This document shows positions 10,350 to 20,560 of a stretch of DNA of 64,000 nucleotides, piece after piece (position 1 is the first letter of the stretch; each line of letters opens with the position of its first letter). A program made the position numbers and the translations under genes. Origin of the DNA: Longimicrobiales bacterium (GTDB taxonomy: Bacteria; Gemmatimonadota; Gemmatimonadetes; Longimicrobiales; Gaopeijiaceae). The notes under the pieces were generated by a model. That model was not told where the DNA came from. It worked only from the letters and a program-made list of their open reading frames with translations, and did no database searches. The stretch is taken from positions 202,515-266,514 of the forward strand of contig CBDANQ010000061.1 of the NCBI GenBank assembly GCA_965197725.1, given 5' to 3'.

Positions 10350-12161
10350 TTAGTAGTCGACCGGCCTGAGATAGAACTCGCCGATCGCGCTGGAGGACAG
10401 TACCGCGACAGTCGGGAGCTCCCGCTTCCAGTGCGTGCTCTGCAGACGCCGCCGAACGACCTCGACCGCCTCGGGGTCGAACGCGACGCGGACGAGCTCC
10501 TTCGCGCTGTAGCCGCGCACCATGGCGTTCAGGATTGGATCCGCGTCGTGATAGGACACTCCGATCTCATCCTCGTCGCTGACGCCCTTCACGAGATCAG
10601 CCGTAGCCGGCTTCTCGACGATCACATCGGGCACACCGAGGTGGCGCGCCAGCGCCCACACCTGCGTCTTGAACAGGTCCCCCAGCGGGTTGATCGGAGG
10701 CGAGTCGTCGGCATGCCACGTGAAGTACCCGAGCAGCCGTTCGCTCTTGTTGCCGGTACCGAGCGGAAGCGCACTCAGGCGGGCCGATTGATCGAAGAGG
10801 ATCACGGCGCGGAGGCGTGCCATCAGATTGCCCTTGCGCAGCGGCGAGATATCGGGCTCGTACTTCTCGACGTACCGGTCGATCGGATCCGAGATCTCGA
10901 TCGTGCGGGCGTGCGCGCCGGTCGCCTCGAGCGCCATCGCCGCGTGCTCGAGACTCTCGTCGCTGGATGTTCGGTACGGCAGCCGGAAGCCGTACACGTT
11001 GTCAGCGCCCAGTGCCCTACAGGCTAGGAAGAGTGAGACCGCCGAGTCGACCCCTCCGCTAACGCCCACGACGACGCGCTCGAAGCGACGTCGCCGCCGC
11101 ACCTCCTCGCGGATGAACTCCACCAGCGTGCGTTCGACGAGCTCGAGGTCGAGTTCCAGCTCGGAAGGGTTCTTGAGCGCCGCGTCGTCCGTGGGGATCG
11201 GTCCGCGCCCCACCAGCGCCGATGTCGGGTCTTCTGGGTCCCGTTCGGCCTCCGGGTCGTCCTCGACCTCAGAAGCACCCGCCCTCGGGCGTGTCGCTTC
11301 CAGTGACCGCTGGAGGTGGGGCAACATTTGTTCGAGGTCGGACAGGAGCGGTGAAACGACGCGGGCCCGGTCGATCGACGAAGCGTCGAGGGAGGCGATC
11401 GTCACGGCCTCGTCGAGGAGGGGTCCGCGTGCGAGCACCCCCCCGTCCGGTGCGACCGCAATCGACCCGCCGGGGAAAAGCTTGCCGCCCTCGGACCCGA
11501 CAAGCTGAGCGACGACCACGAATACCCCGTGCTCGATCGCAGCGCCGGGGGCGACCTGCTCCCACCGCTCGAGGTTGGCGGGACGTCCGCCCGAACCCGC
11601 GGTGAAGTCTCGAGCAGGCGAAGCGCTGACGACCACCAGAAGCTCAGCGCCACCCAGTGCCAGGATCGTCGCAGGCAGCGAGTGCCACATCTCCTCGCAT
11701 ATCATGATGCCGACGCGCCCGAACCGCGTATCGAAGGCCCGAATCTCCGCGCCCGTCTCCACGAACCGAGCCTCGTCGAAGACACCGTACGTGGGCAGAA
11801 ACATCTTCCGATGCACGTGTCGCACGGCCCACGCGCCGTCGCCCGCCTCGAGGTAGACGGCGCTGTTGTGCAAGCGCCGGCGCCAGCGCTCGTAAAAGCC
11901 GATCACGACGTCGGGCCCGCCTGCTGGCGGTGGGCCGAGCCTCTCGATCAACCGCTCGACCGTCAGCGCGGCCTCTGCGACACCACCCTCGAGGAAGTAT
12001 CCGCTGAGCGCCGCCTCGGGAAAAACCATCAGGTCGGTCTGGTTCGCATGGGCCCCGATAATATCGCATGCGGCCTGAATATTCCGGGCGATATCAGCCT
12101 TCGTGGGCTTGAACTGTACCAGCGCCACCCGGAGCGGAGGGCGGGCCTCGGTTGGGCTCAT
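10350..12161 (-). CDS. nadE: Glutamine-dependent NAD+ synthetase (nitrilase domain plus synthetase domain)
   Basis: E-K-C triad (FPE, HRKMFLP, ICEE); SGGVDS, GNLMARLR, GTGNKSE and PLGDLFKTQV. Confidence 0.93.
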   Translation of the reverse strand: MSPTEARPPLRVALVQFKPTKADIARNIQAACDIIGAHANQTDLMVFPEAALSGYFLEGGVAEAALTVERLIERLGPPPAGGPDVVIGFYERWRRRLHNSAVYLEAGDGAWAVRHVHRKMFLPTYGVFDEARFVETGAEIRAFDTRFGRVGIMICEEMWHSLPATILALGGAELLVVVSASPARDFTAGSGGRPANLERWEQVAPGAAIEHGVFVVVAQLVGSEGGKLFPGGSIAVAPDGGVLARGPLLDEAVTIASLDASSIDRARVVSPLLSDLEQMLPHLQRSLEATRPRAGASEVEDDPEAERDPEDPTSALVGRGPIPTDDAALKNPSELELDLELVERTLVEFIREEVRRRRRFERVVVGVSGGVDSAVSLFLACRALGADNVYGFRLPYRTSSDESLEHAAMALEATGAHARTIEISDPIDRYVEKYEPDISPLRKGNLMARLRAVILFDQSARLSALPLGTGNKSERLLGYFTWHADDSPPINPLGDLFKTQVWALARHLGVPDVIVEKPATADLVKGVSDEDEIGVSYHDADPILNAMVRGYSAKELVRVAFDPEAVEVVRRRLQSTHWKRELPTVAVLSSSAIGEFYLRPVDY

Positions 12162-12353
12162 GGACGGTGGATCTCGTTTGAGTCTCGGCCTCATGCCTCC
12201 GACCCTTTTCTGGACCGATGGGTGAAAAGTATCCCTTCGGTCCATATGTTGCAGGGGTGGGTCCCGCAGGCCCTGGTAATGCACGGAACGCGGTCCCGTA
12301 CGCGGGGGTTAGAGGACACATATGACGACTACGCCGACGCCGAGGGCGCCCGC

Positions 12354-14168
12354 ATGAGATACCGTTTCGCAACGTTGACGCTGATCCTGGCGCTCACCGC
12401 CCCGAGTCTGGGCGGGAGTCTGGGCGCGCAAGACACCGCGACCCGTCCGAACTCGAGGGTTGAGACACCGCCCGAGCTCGAGATCCTCGCGCAGGCCGTG
12501 GAAGCGATCACGACGATGCACATGGACGGCTTCAGCGACTCCACTCTGTGGGGGGCGGCGCTCGAGGGCCTCACGCTGCTGATTCGGCGCAACTCGGACG
12601 AGGCGCTCGAAGAGCCGCTCGTGTTGGCCGACCTCCTCACCCCAGTTGAGCAGGTCGGGCAGTCGACTGAGCCCGAGATCCTGGCACAAACCGTGGCTAG
12701 GATCTCCCGGCTGCGCATGGACGGTGTCAGCGACTCCACGCTGTGGGAGGCGGCGATCGACGGCCTCATCAGGGCGCTCGATGACCCCTATGCGGAGCTC
12801 TTCACCGAGGGCGAGTCGGATGCGTGGGAAGAGGAGACGACCGGCAACTACTCCGGCATCGGCCTCCAGATTACTCAACTCAACGAAGAGGTCACCGTCA
12901 CGGCCGTCTTCCGTAGCACGCCCGCCAATCAAGTGGGGATCATCGTCGGCGACGTCATCGTAGGCGTGAACACGAACGATGCGTCGGACTGGACGACGGG
13001 CATGGCCGCGGACTCGATCCGGGGTCCGGTGGGTACCGTTGTGCTCGTGAAGATCAAGCGCGCTGGGTTCGAGGAGCCCATCGGGTTCGACATTACGCGC
13101 GCGCAGGTGCACGTACCGGCCGTTCACTACGGCGTTCTCGAGAGTGGCATCGGCTACATCTTGCTCGACCGGGTGGCGCGGAACGCCGCCCGGGAGATGA
13201 ACTCCGCGCTCGCTGAGCTCGCCAATACGCGGGGGCTCGTCATCGACCTGCGTAGGAACCCCGGCGGCTTCCTCGACGAGTCGCTCATGTTGGCCGACCT
13301 CTTCCTGAAGCCCGGCTCGACGCTCGCCAGCACCGTGCAGCGTATACCGGACGCCGAGGCGTATGAAACGGGGATCGACTCCTACAACGACCGTTGGCCT
13401 CAGTTGGTTCCGGATCTCCCGATCGTGGTGCTGGTCGACCGCTTCACCGCGTCCGGAGCCGAGATTCTCGCCGGCGCCCTCCAGGACTACGATCGCGCGC
13501 TCGTTCTGGGTGAACGCTCGTTCGGCAAGGGCGTCGTACAGACCGTAATGCGACTACCGTACAACCGACGCCTGCGTTTCACGACCGGCCGATGGCACAC
13601 GCCGCTCGGCCGCTCGCTTCAGCGGGCAAGAGACTCACACTTCCGTCCGATCGCGGAGGACTTGGACACGTTCCCACGTGTCACGACCGCTCAGGGGCAC
13701 TCGCTCATCAACGGCGGTGGGATCTTTCCCGATCTCGCGGTGGGGGACGACACGACCACGGTTGTCGAGCGGGAGCTGATCAAGGCCGTGAACGACCACG
13801 AGGTTCCGCTGGGGCTCCGCCTCGCCGAACTCGGCTTCAAGGCCGCCAGCGCCCGCCGGGAAGACGCTGAGGGCCTGCGTCTCACCGATGCGGAGTTCGA
13901 TCGTTTTATGACTCTTCTCGCGGAAGAGGGCCTCGCCGAGGACCAGCTCTCCGATTCCGGCGTCCGAAAATACTTGCGCTGGCGGGGTCGTATCAACGTG
14001 GCTCAGCGCATGGATGATCTGGGTGCGGAAGCCGACATCCGAATGGAGCGGGACCCTGTCCTGGCCGAAGCTGTGCGTCTGCTACGGACCTCGACCTCTC
14101 AGGCGCAGCTCTTCCAGGCTGCCGACGCCGAGGGGGTGCGCCGGGGTCAGGGGGCGGGAGGGCTTTAG
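12354..14168 (+). CDS. S41 family carboxyl-terminal processing protease (CtpA/Prc-like)
   Basis: Signal peptide, PDZ domain (YSGIGLQI), DLRRNPGG, catalytic TASGAE and FGKG. Confidence 0.9.
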   Translation: MRYRFATLTLILALTAPSLGGSLGAQDTATRPNSRVETPPELEILAQAVEAITTMHMDGFSDSTLWGAALEGLTLLIRRNSDEALEEPLVLADLLTPVEQVGQSTEPEILAQTVARISRLRMDGVSDSTLWEAAIDGLIRALDDPYAELFTEGESDAWEEETTGNYSGIGLQITQLNEEVTVTAVFRSTPANQVGIIVGDVIVGVNTNDASDWTTGMAADSIRGPVGTVVLVKIKRAGFEEPIGFDITRAQVHVPAVHYGVLESGIGYILLDRVARNAAREMNSALAELANTRGLVIDLRRNPGGFLDESLMLADLFLKPGSTLASTVQRIPDAEAYETGIDSYNDRWPQLVPDLPIVVLVDRFTASGAEILAGALQDYDRALVLGERSFGKGVVQTVMRLPYNRRLRFTTGRWHTPLGRSLQRARDSHFRPIAEDLDTFPRVTTAQGHSLINGGGIFPDLAVGDDTTTVVERELIKAVNDHEVPLGLRLAELGFKAASARREDAEGLRLTDAEFDRFMTLLAEEGLAEDQLSDSGVRKYLRWRGRINVAQRMDDLGAEADIRMERDPVLAEAVRLLRTSTSQAQLFQAADAEGVRRGQGAGGL

Positions 14169-14198
14169 CTCTAGCCGAGCGAGACGTACAATCGCCCC

Positions 14199-15107
14199 TC
14201 AGTTTCGGGGGTGAAATCGTCGGTGCACGTCTCGGAGATATTCGCGGTCGACGTGGGTGTAGATCTGTGTGGTCGAGATGTCGGCGTGACCCAACAGCTC
14301 CTGAATCGCAGCCAGGTCCGCCCCGCCTTCCACCAGGTGGGTCGCGAAGGTGTGCCTGAGGGTGTGTGGAGAGACGTTCTTCACGATTCCCGCTCGCCTC
14401 GCCGACTTCTTGACGAGCTTCCACACGGACTCCCGCCTCATCCGAGTCCCCCGGGCGTTGAGGTACACACGGCCCTCGCCGCGGCCCTTGTCGAGTCGCG
14501 GGCGCACCTCTCGGAGGTAGCGCTCCAGTGTCGTCACCGCCGGACCACCCATGGGCACGATTCGTTCCTTGGAGCCCTTGCCGAACACGGTCACGAACGC
14601 TTCATCCAGATCGAGGCCGGACAGCGGCAGGTCGACCAGTTCGGAGACTCGGAGCCCGGAGGCGTAGAGCAGCTCGAGGATCGCCCGGTCCCGCCAGAAA
14701 AGTGGTCTCTCGGAATCTGGGGCATCGAGTAGGCGCAACACCTCGGTGAGCGTCAGGAAGTCCGGCAGCTTCCGGGCAACGCGCGGACTCTCCAAACGCT
14801 CGGTCGGATCGACCTCGAGTAGGCCTTCCGACAACAGGAAGCGGAAGTACGTGCGAACCGCGGACTGCGCCCTGCGGATCGACGTCGCGGCGAGTCCGGC
14901 GTCGTTCAATCCGAAAATCCACTCGCGGAGCAGGTCCGGGGTCACTTCCCCGGGGTCGCCCACTCCCCTCTCTGACACGGACCTCCACCAGCGGGTGAGA
15001 TCCCGTTCGTAGGCGGACACCGTGCGCGCGGAAAGTCCTCGCTCGAAGGTGATGTAGTCGTTGAACTGCTCGAACCGAAACGGGCTCGGAATCGACGACT
15101 CATTCAC
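14199..15107 (-). CDS. xerD: Tyrosine recombinase XerD
   Basis: RDRAILELLYASGLRVSEL, GKGSKER, SPHTLRHTFATHL, LLGHADISTTQIYTHV. Confidence 0.92.
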   Translation of the reverse strand: MNESSIPSPFRFEQFNDYITFERGLSARTVSAYERDLTRWWRSVSERGVGDPGEVTPDLLREWIFGLNDAGLAATSIRRAQSAVRTYFRFLLSEGLLEVDPTERLESPRVARKLPDFLTLTEVLRLLDAPDSERPLFWRDRAILELLYASGLRVSELVDLPLSGLDLDEAFVTVFGKGSKERIVPMGGPAVTTLERYLREVRPRLDKGRGEGRVYLNARGTRMRRESVWKLVKKSARRAGIVKNVSPHTLRHTFATHLVEGGADLAAIQELLGHADISTTQIYTHVDREYLRDVHRRFHPRN

Positions 15108-15753
15108 CGAGGTCGCGCTCCGATGCTGTCCCGGAGTGCGGGGACGCCTCCCGCGGATGCCGCGTGCGCCACCACCAGAGGGCCAACGGCACCGCGACCG
15201 CCACCGCGACGACGAGCAGGACGCCGTTGATGCGCCCGAGCAGCGCGCGCAGCACGTCCAGGTTGTGCCCCGCCAGCGCCCCGAGCCAGATGAGCGCACC
15301 GTACCAGATGGCGGAAGCCAAGGCGATCGGAATCGCTACGAGGATCAACGGCTGGTGGCTAACCCCTGCGAAGACCGGAACGATGGAGCGGAGCCCCGGC
15401 AAGAACCGAGTGAGGAAGATCGCCGCGGTCCCAAAGCGATCGTAGAACCTGGCCATGCGCTCCATCTGATGAGGTCTCAAGACTCGCCTCCCCCAGCCGG
15501 CCTCGAAGAACGGCTGGCCATGAATATAGCCGAGCCGATACATGGCGAGCGCGGACCCCACGTTCAACGACCACGTGGACACGAAGATCCACCGCGGGTC
15601 CAGCTCTCCGACCGCCGAGAGGAATCCACCCAGCGCCACGAACGTATCCGCCGGGATCGCCGGCAACACGTTCTCCAACGCGGCGCCGACGCCCAACAAG
15701 ACATAGACCACCGCAGCCGGAACACCCTCTACCCAGCTCAGGAAGTTGGCCAC
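15100..15753 (-). CDS. dedA: DedA family membrane protein
   Basis: LEN..P.IP.D, TRFLPGLRS and hydrophobic helices. Confidence 0.85.
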   Translation of the reverse strand: MANFLSWVEGVPAAVVYVLLGVGAALENVLPAIPADTFVALGGFLSAVGELDPRWIFVSTWSLNVGSALAMYRLGYIHGQPFFEAGWGRRVLRPHQMERMARFYDRFGTAAIFLTRFLPGLRSIVPVFAGVSHQPLILVAIPIALASAIWYGALIWLGALAGHNLDVLRALLGRINGVLLVVAVAVAVPLALWWWRTRHPREASPHSGTASERDLGE

Positions 15754-15756
15754 GCG

Positions 15757-16257
15757 TCACACGCCTTGCGCCGAGCCACCACCGACCTGGGACTCGATCA
15801 GCGCGACCGCGTGCACCGCGATGCCCTCCCCCGCGCCGATCCAGCCCATGCCTTCATTGCTCTTACCCTTGATCGAGATCAACGTCGACGAGATCCGCAA
15901 CACCTCACCGAGACGCAAGCGCATGGCCTCCGCGTGGGGTCCGATCTCGGGGCTCTCGCAGATCACGGTGACGTCCACGTTCACCACCCTGTAGTCTCGC
16001 GCTTCCAGGACCTGCCCGGCTCGAGCGAGCAGATCCATGGAGTCGGCATCCTTCCACTCGTCGTCGTCGGAAGGGAAATGACTGCCGACGTTTCCGGCGG
16101 CGGCCGCGCCCAGCATCGCGTCGATGATCGCGTGCGCGACCGCGTCACCATCCGAGTGCCCGGAGAGGCCGGCGTGATCAGGAATATGCACACCGCCCAG
16201 GACGAGCTCCCTACCCTCTTCAAAGCGATGTGAGTCGTACCCGGTCCCGATTCTCAT
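15757..16257 (-). CDS. ispF: 2-C-methyl-D-erythritol 2,4-cyclodiphosphate synthase
   Basis: MRIGTGYDSHRF, GHSDGD..HAIIDA, EGIAVHAV. Confidence 0.95.
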   Translation of the reverse strand: MRIGTGYDSHRFEEGRELVLGGVHIPDHAGLSGHSDGDAVAHAIIDAMLGAAAAGNVGSHFPSDDDEWKDADSMDLLARAGQVLEARDYRVVNVDVTVICESPEIGPHAEAMRLRLGEVLRISSTLISIKGKSNEGMGWIGAGEGIAVHAVALIESQVGGGSAQGV

Positions 16258-16267
16258 GCCGCCCGCG

Positions 16268-17545
16268 TCAGTCGTCCCAGCGCCGGATCGCCAGGCAGAC
16301 GTTGTGCCCACCGAAGCCGAAGGAGTTGCTGAGCGCCAGCTCGACGGGGCGCTTGATCATGCCTCCGTGCGCGTACTCCAGATCGCAGTCAGGGTCCGGG
16401 CCCTGATAGTTGATGGTCGGCGGGATCCGGCCGGTCCGGCACGCCTGGATGCAAGCGATCGCCTCGAGCGCCCCCGCGGCTCCGAGCAGGTGTCCGGTCA
16501 TGGACTTCGTGGAGCCCACGACGGTGTTGTACGCGTGATCACCGAGCACCGCCTTGATCGCCGCGGTCTCAATCGCATCGGCCATGGTCGAGGTTCCGTG
16601 GGCGTTCACGTAGTCCACTTCGTCCGGCGCCGCACCCGCGTCCTCGAGCGCCATGCGCATGGCGTTCTGAGCCCCGAACCCGTCGGGCGGCGGCGCCGTG
16701 AGGTGGTACGCATCCGCCGAAAGACCGTACCCGACGATCTCCGCGAGAATCTCGACGCCGCGCGCCTCGGCATGGTCCAGACCCTCCAATACCAGAGCGG
16801 CAGCGCCCTCACCCATCACGAACCCGTCCCGGTCGGCGGAGAACGGTCGGCTCGCACCGGCCGGGTCGTCGTTGCGAGTCGACAGCGCCCTCATGGAGGA
16901 AAAGCCAGCGAACGTCATTGGGGTAAAAGTCGCCTCACCACCCCCCGCAATCATGATGTCGGCATCGCCGTGGCTGATGTGGCGCACGGCGTCTCCGATC
17001 GCGTGCGCCGAGGAAGCGCACGCCGACACGGTGGCGTAGTTCGGACCCTGCAGATTCCACCGTATGGAGATGAGCCCGGCCGAAATGTCCGGGATGAACA
17101 TCGGGATGAAAAACGGGCTCACACGCTTGGGGCCGCCCTCGAGCAGGCGCCTGTGCTGCTCCTCGAAGGTCCCGACCCCACCGATGCCGCTGCCGAAGAT
17201 GACCCCGAAGCGGCTCGGATCCATTCCGTCTGGCACGCCGTCCGCGAGTCCGGCCGAGGGGAGCGCCTGCGCAGAGGCCGCGATCGAGAAGAGCAACACG
17301 CGGTCGAACCGCTTCGCTTCGCGCCTTTCCACGTAGTCCATCGGATCGAAACCCTTCACTTCACACCCGATCCGACAGGGGAACTCATCGGTCGTCTCCC
17401 AGAGCGTGACGGGGCCACCACCGCTGGTGCCTGCGAGCAGCGCGTCCCACGTGCTCGGTAGGTCGTTTCCTACGGGCGATACCACGCCCATCCCGGTGAC
17501 GACCACGCGTCGAGCTCGATGCCCCGGCTCCTGCCCCGTAGTCAT
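16268..17545 (-). CDS. fabF: Beta-ketoacyl-ACP synthase II
   Basis: SACASS, NAHGTST, KSMTGHLLGA, SNSFGFGGHN. Confidence 0.96.
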   Translation of the reverse strand: MTTGQEPGHRARRVVVTGMGVVSPVGNDLPSTWDALLAGTSGGGPVTLWETTDEFPCRIGCEVKGFDPMDYVERREAKRFDRVLLFSIAASAQALPSAGLADGVPDGMDPSRFGVIFGSGIGGVGTFEEQHRRLLEGGPKRVSPFFIPMFIPDISAGLISIRWNLQGPNYATVSACASSAHAIGDAVRHISHGDADIMIAGGGEATFTPMTFAGFSSMRALSTRNDDPAGASRPFSADRDGFVMGEGAAALVLEGLDHAEARGVEILAEIVGYGLSADAYHLTAPPPDGFGAQNAMRMALEDAGAAPDEVDYVNAHGTSTMADAIETAAIKAVLGDHAYNTVVGSTKSMTGHLLGAAGALEAIACIQACRTGRIPPTINYQGPDPDCDLEYAHGGMIKRPVELALSNSFGFGGHNVCLAIRRWDD

Positions 17546-17569
17546 GCTGCCTTTACGGCGCACAGCGAC

Positions 17570-17812
17570 TCAGTCTTCGCGGTTTTCCTTCAGATATGTG
17601 ATCGCATCGCCAACGGTCCGCATCTTCTCCGCATCCTCATCCGGAATGTCCAGTCCGAATTCCTCCTCGAACGCCATCACGAGCTCGACCGTGTCCAGGG
17701 AGTCGGCACCCAGATCCTCAACGAACGAAGCGTCGTCCGTGACCTTCTCAGGCTCGAGACCCAACTCGTTTATGATGATCTCGCGCACACGGGCCTCGAT
17801 GGGCTCGCTCAT
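17570..17812 (-). CDS. acpP: Acyl carrier protein
   Basis: [20 protein letters not shown]. Confidence 0.97.
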   Translation of the reverse strand: MSEPIEARVREIIINELGLEPEKVTDDASFVEDLGADSLDTVELVMAFEEEFGLDIPDEDAEKMRTVGDAITYLKENRED

Positions 17813-17851
17813 GTCCCCTCCTGTTCGTTACGAAAAGGGCGGTGTGGCCAA

Positions 17852-18595
17852 CTACATGACCATGCCGCCATCGACCGCCAAGACCTGGCCGGTAATGTAG
17901 CGCGCAGCAGGGCTCACGAGAAACCGCACGACGCCCGAAATATCGTCCGTCTCACCGAGCCGCCCGAGGGGGATCTGGCCCTGTAGGCCCTCGATCTGAT
18001 CCTCGGTCAGCTGCGCGGTCATGTCGGTGCGAATGAAGCCGGGCGCGAGCGCGTTACAACGGACCCCCCTGGAAGCCAATTCCCTGGCCACGCTCTTGGT
18101 CATCCCGATCATACCAGCCTTGGATGCGGCGTAGTTGGTCTGCCCCGCGTTGCCGACGAGCCCCACGACGGACGCGATGTTCAGGATCACGCCGTCGCGC
18201 TTCTTCATCATGCCACGCGTTACAGAACGAGTGAAGTTGAACGCACCCTTTAGGTTAGCGGCTATCACCTCATCGAACTCCTCATCTTTCATGCGCAGTA
18301 GGATGTTGTCCCGCGTGAGGCCTGCGTTGTTGATGAGGATGTCGATCGGGCCCAGGTCTTCCTGGACAGCCGCTACGGTGTCCGAGACCTGCGTCGAGTC
18401 CGCCACGTCACACGCGAAGCCTCGGTGTCCCTCGCCCGACAGGGCGGCCGCGGCCTCCTTGGCGCGCTCACCGTTGCGGCCGATCACGGCGATCTTGGCT
18501 CCCGCGTCCGCGAGCGACTCCGCGATCGCGAGTCCGATCCCCCGCGATCCACCTGTGACGATGGCGACCTTGTCTTCGAGCTCTCGCGCGCTCAT
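17852..18595 (-). CDS. fabG: 3-oxoacyl-ACP reductase
   Basis: TGGSRGIG, NNAG, YAASK; fab operon context. Confidence 0.95.
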   Translation of the reverse strand: MSARELEDKVAIVTGGSRGIGLAIAESLADAGAKIAVIGRNGERAKEAAAALSGEGHRGFACDVADSTQVSDTVAAVQEDLGPIDILINNAGLTRDNILLRMKDEEFDEVIAANLKGAFNFTRSVTRGMMKKRDGVILNIASVVGLVGNAGQTNYAASKAGMIGMTKSVARELASRGVRCNALAPGFIRTDMTAQLTEDQIEGLQGQIPLGRLGETDDISGVVRFLVSPAARYITGQVLAVDGGMVM

Positions 18596-18624
18596 CTCGT
18601 CAAAGCTCCCGTTGTGAAGCGCCT

Positions 18625-19548
18625 TCAGGCGCCCTCTTGTAGTGGCGCAAGGTCCTCAGGCTCCCCGATGGAACCGCACGGGACTCCCTTCGCGTTGAGC
18701 CGATTCAAGCCACGCAAGACGGAGCCGGGTCCGACCTCGAGGAAGCGGTCCGCACCCGCTTCGACCATCGCAGCCACCGAGGCGCTCCACCGCACCGGCA
18801 ACGTGAGTTGCTCGACCAGCAGCTTCCGTGCCTCGGCGCCGCTCGTGACCGGCCTCGCCGTGACGTTGGAGAACACTGGGTATGCCGGATCCTGAAAGTC
18901 GATCGATTCGAGCTTGTCTCTCAGGCCGTCCGCGGCGGGCTCCATGAGCGAAGAATGGAACGCCCCGGACACGTTCAAGAGCACAACCCTCCTCGCACCA
19001 GCCGCCAGCGCGCGCTCCATCCCCTGCTTCACGCCGGCGACGTCGCCGCTGATGACGACCTGACCGCTCGCGTTGAAGTTGGCGGGCACGCAGACACCGA
19101 CATCGACCGCCGCACACAGCGCCTCGATCTCGTCGTCACTCAGACCGAGCACCGCGGCCATGGTTCCCGGCCGTTCCTGGCCCGCTCGGAACATCAGCTC
19201 ACCTCTGAGACGAACCGCATCAAGCGCGTCTGTGTACCTGAGCGTACCTGCAGCCACGTGCGCGCTGAACTCGCCCAACGAGTGCCCGGCGGCGAAAGCT
19301 ACGGGACCGAGCTCGTCTGCGACGACCCGCAGCACGGCCACCGAGTGGGCGAGGATCGCCGGCTGAGCGTTCTTGGTTGCGGTGAGCTCATCCTCGGGGC
19401 CCTCCGCCATGAGACCGGAGAGTGAGAAGCCCAGGACCTCGTCTGCCGTGGCAAACACGGCGTCGGCCCTGGCATCTGAAAGGGCGAGCGCACGGCCCAT
19501 ACCCACCGCCTGTGAGCCCTGCCCGGGGAAGATCAGTGCGAGAGACAC
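18625..19548 (-). CDS. fabD: Malonyl-CoA:ACP transacylase
   Basis: FPGQGSQ, GHSLGE, VSGAFHS. Confidence 0.95.
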   Translation of the reverse strand: MSLALIFPGQGSQAVGMGRALALSDARADAVFATADEVLGFSLSGLMAEGPEDELTATKNAQPAILAHSVAVLRVVADELGPVAFAAGHSLGEFSAHVAAGTLRYTDALDAVRLRGELMFRAGQERPGTMAAVLGLSDDEIEALCAAVDVGVCVPANFNASGQVVISGDVAGVKQGMERALAAGARRVVLLNVSGAFHSSLMEPAADGLRDKLESIDFQDPAYPVFSNVTARPVTSGAEARKLLVEQLTLPVRWSASVAAMVEAGADRFLEVGPGSVLRGLNRLNAKGVPCGSIGEPEDLAPLQEGA

Positions 19549-19564
19549 GTTCGGCCCCTTTCCG

Positions 19565-20560
19565 CTACCAGCGGAGCGCCATCGCGCCCCATGTGAAGCC
19601 CGCGCCAAATGCGACGAGGAGCACGTTGGAGCCCGGTGCGACGAGCCCCTTCTCCACTGCTTCATCGACCGCGATGGGGACCGTCGCGGAGCTCATGTTC
19701 CCGTATCGGTCGACGTTGACGTAGACCCGGTCCATCGGGACGCCGGCGTGTTTGGCGGTTGACTCGATGATCCTCATGTTCGCCTGGTGCGGGATGAGAA
19801 TATCGACGTCGTCCGAAGTCAGGCCCGCGGTTTGCAGCGCGTGATCGCACGCCTCAGCCATGTTTCGAACAGCATGCTTGAAGACCTCCCGGCCCTTCAT
19901 GCGAACCAGGTGGCTCTTGTCGTCGAGCACGGCTTGACTCATTGGGTGCAAAGCTCCACCGGCCGGTCGATACAACAGCTCGCCGAGATTCCCGTCCGAC
20001 CGGAGGTGGCTCGACAGGATTCCACGCCCCGAGGCGTTGGCGGGGCGAACGACAGCCGCTCCACCGCCGTCGCCGAAGAGCACGCAGGTGGAGCGGTCCT
20101 CCCAATCGACGATCGAGCTCATCTTCTCGGCAGAGACGACGAGAGCCACTTCCCCTCGACCAGCGGTCAGGTACCCCTCTGCCAGGGTCAGGCCGTATAT
20201 GAAACCCGTACAGGCCGCCACCAGGTCGAAGGCCACCGCGTTGCTGCACCCGAGCTGGGCCTGAATGTCACACGCGGTCGACGGCAGAAACCGGTCCGGC
20301 GTCGATGTGGCAACGATGAGCACGTCGACCTCGCCCGGCTCGACGCCGGCGCTTCGCATCGCGTGCCTAGCGGCGCCGGTTCCCATATCGGCGGCACCCA
20401 TGTCGTCCGGCGCGATGCGACGCTCCCGGATCCCGGTGCGAGTGCGGATCCACTCGTCCGAGGTATCGAGCGTTTTGGCGAGGTCCTCGTTGGTCACGAC
20501 CTTGTCCGGAAGGAACCGGCCGGTGCCCGCGATCTCGACCAGCGGTTTCGGCTTTCTCAT
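19565..20560 (-). CDS. fabH: Beta-ketoacyl-ACP synthase III
   Basis: AACTGF, PHQANMRI, YGNMSSA, GAGFTWG. Confidence 0.95.
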   Translation of the reverse strand: MRKPKPLVEIAGTGRFLPDKVVTNEDLAKTLDTSDEWIRTRTGIRERRIAPDDMGAADMGTGAARHAMRSAGVEPGEVDVLIVATSTPDRFLPSTACDIQAQLGCSNAVAFDLVAACTGFIYGLTLAEGYLTAGRGEVALVVSAEKMSSIVDWEDRSTCVLFGDGGGAAVVRPANASGRGILSSHLRSDGNLGELLYRPAGGALHPMSQAVLDDKSHLVRMKGREVFKHAVRNMAEACDHALQTAGLTSDDVDILIPHQANMRIIESTAKHAGVPMDRVYVNVDRYGNMSSATVPIAVDEAVEKGLVAPGSNVLLVAFGAGFTWGAMALRW

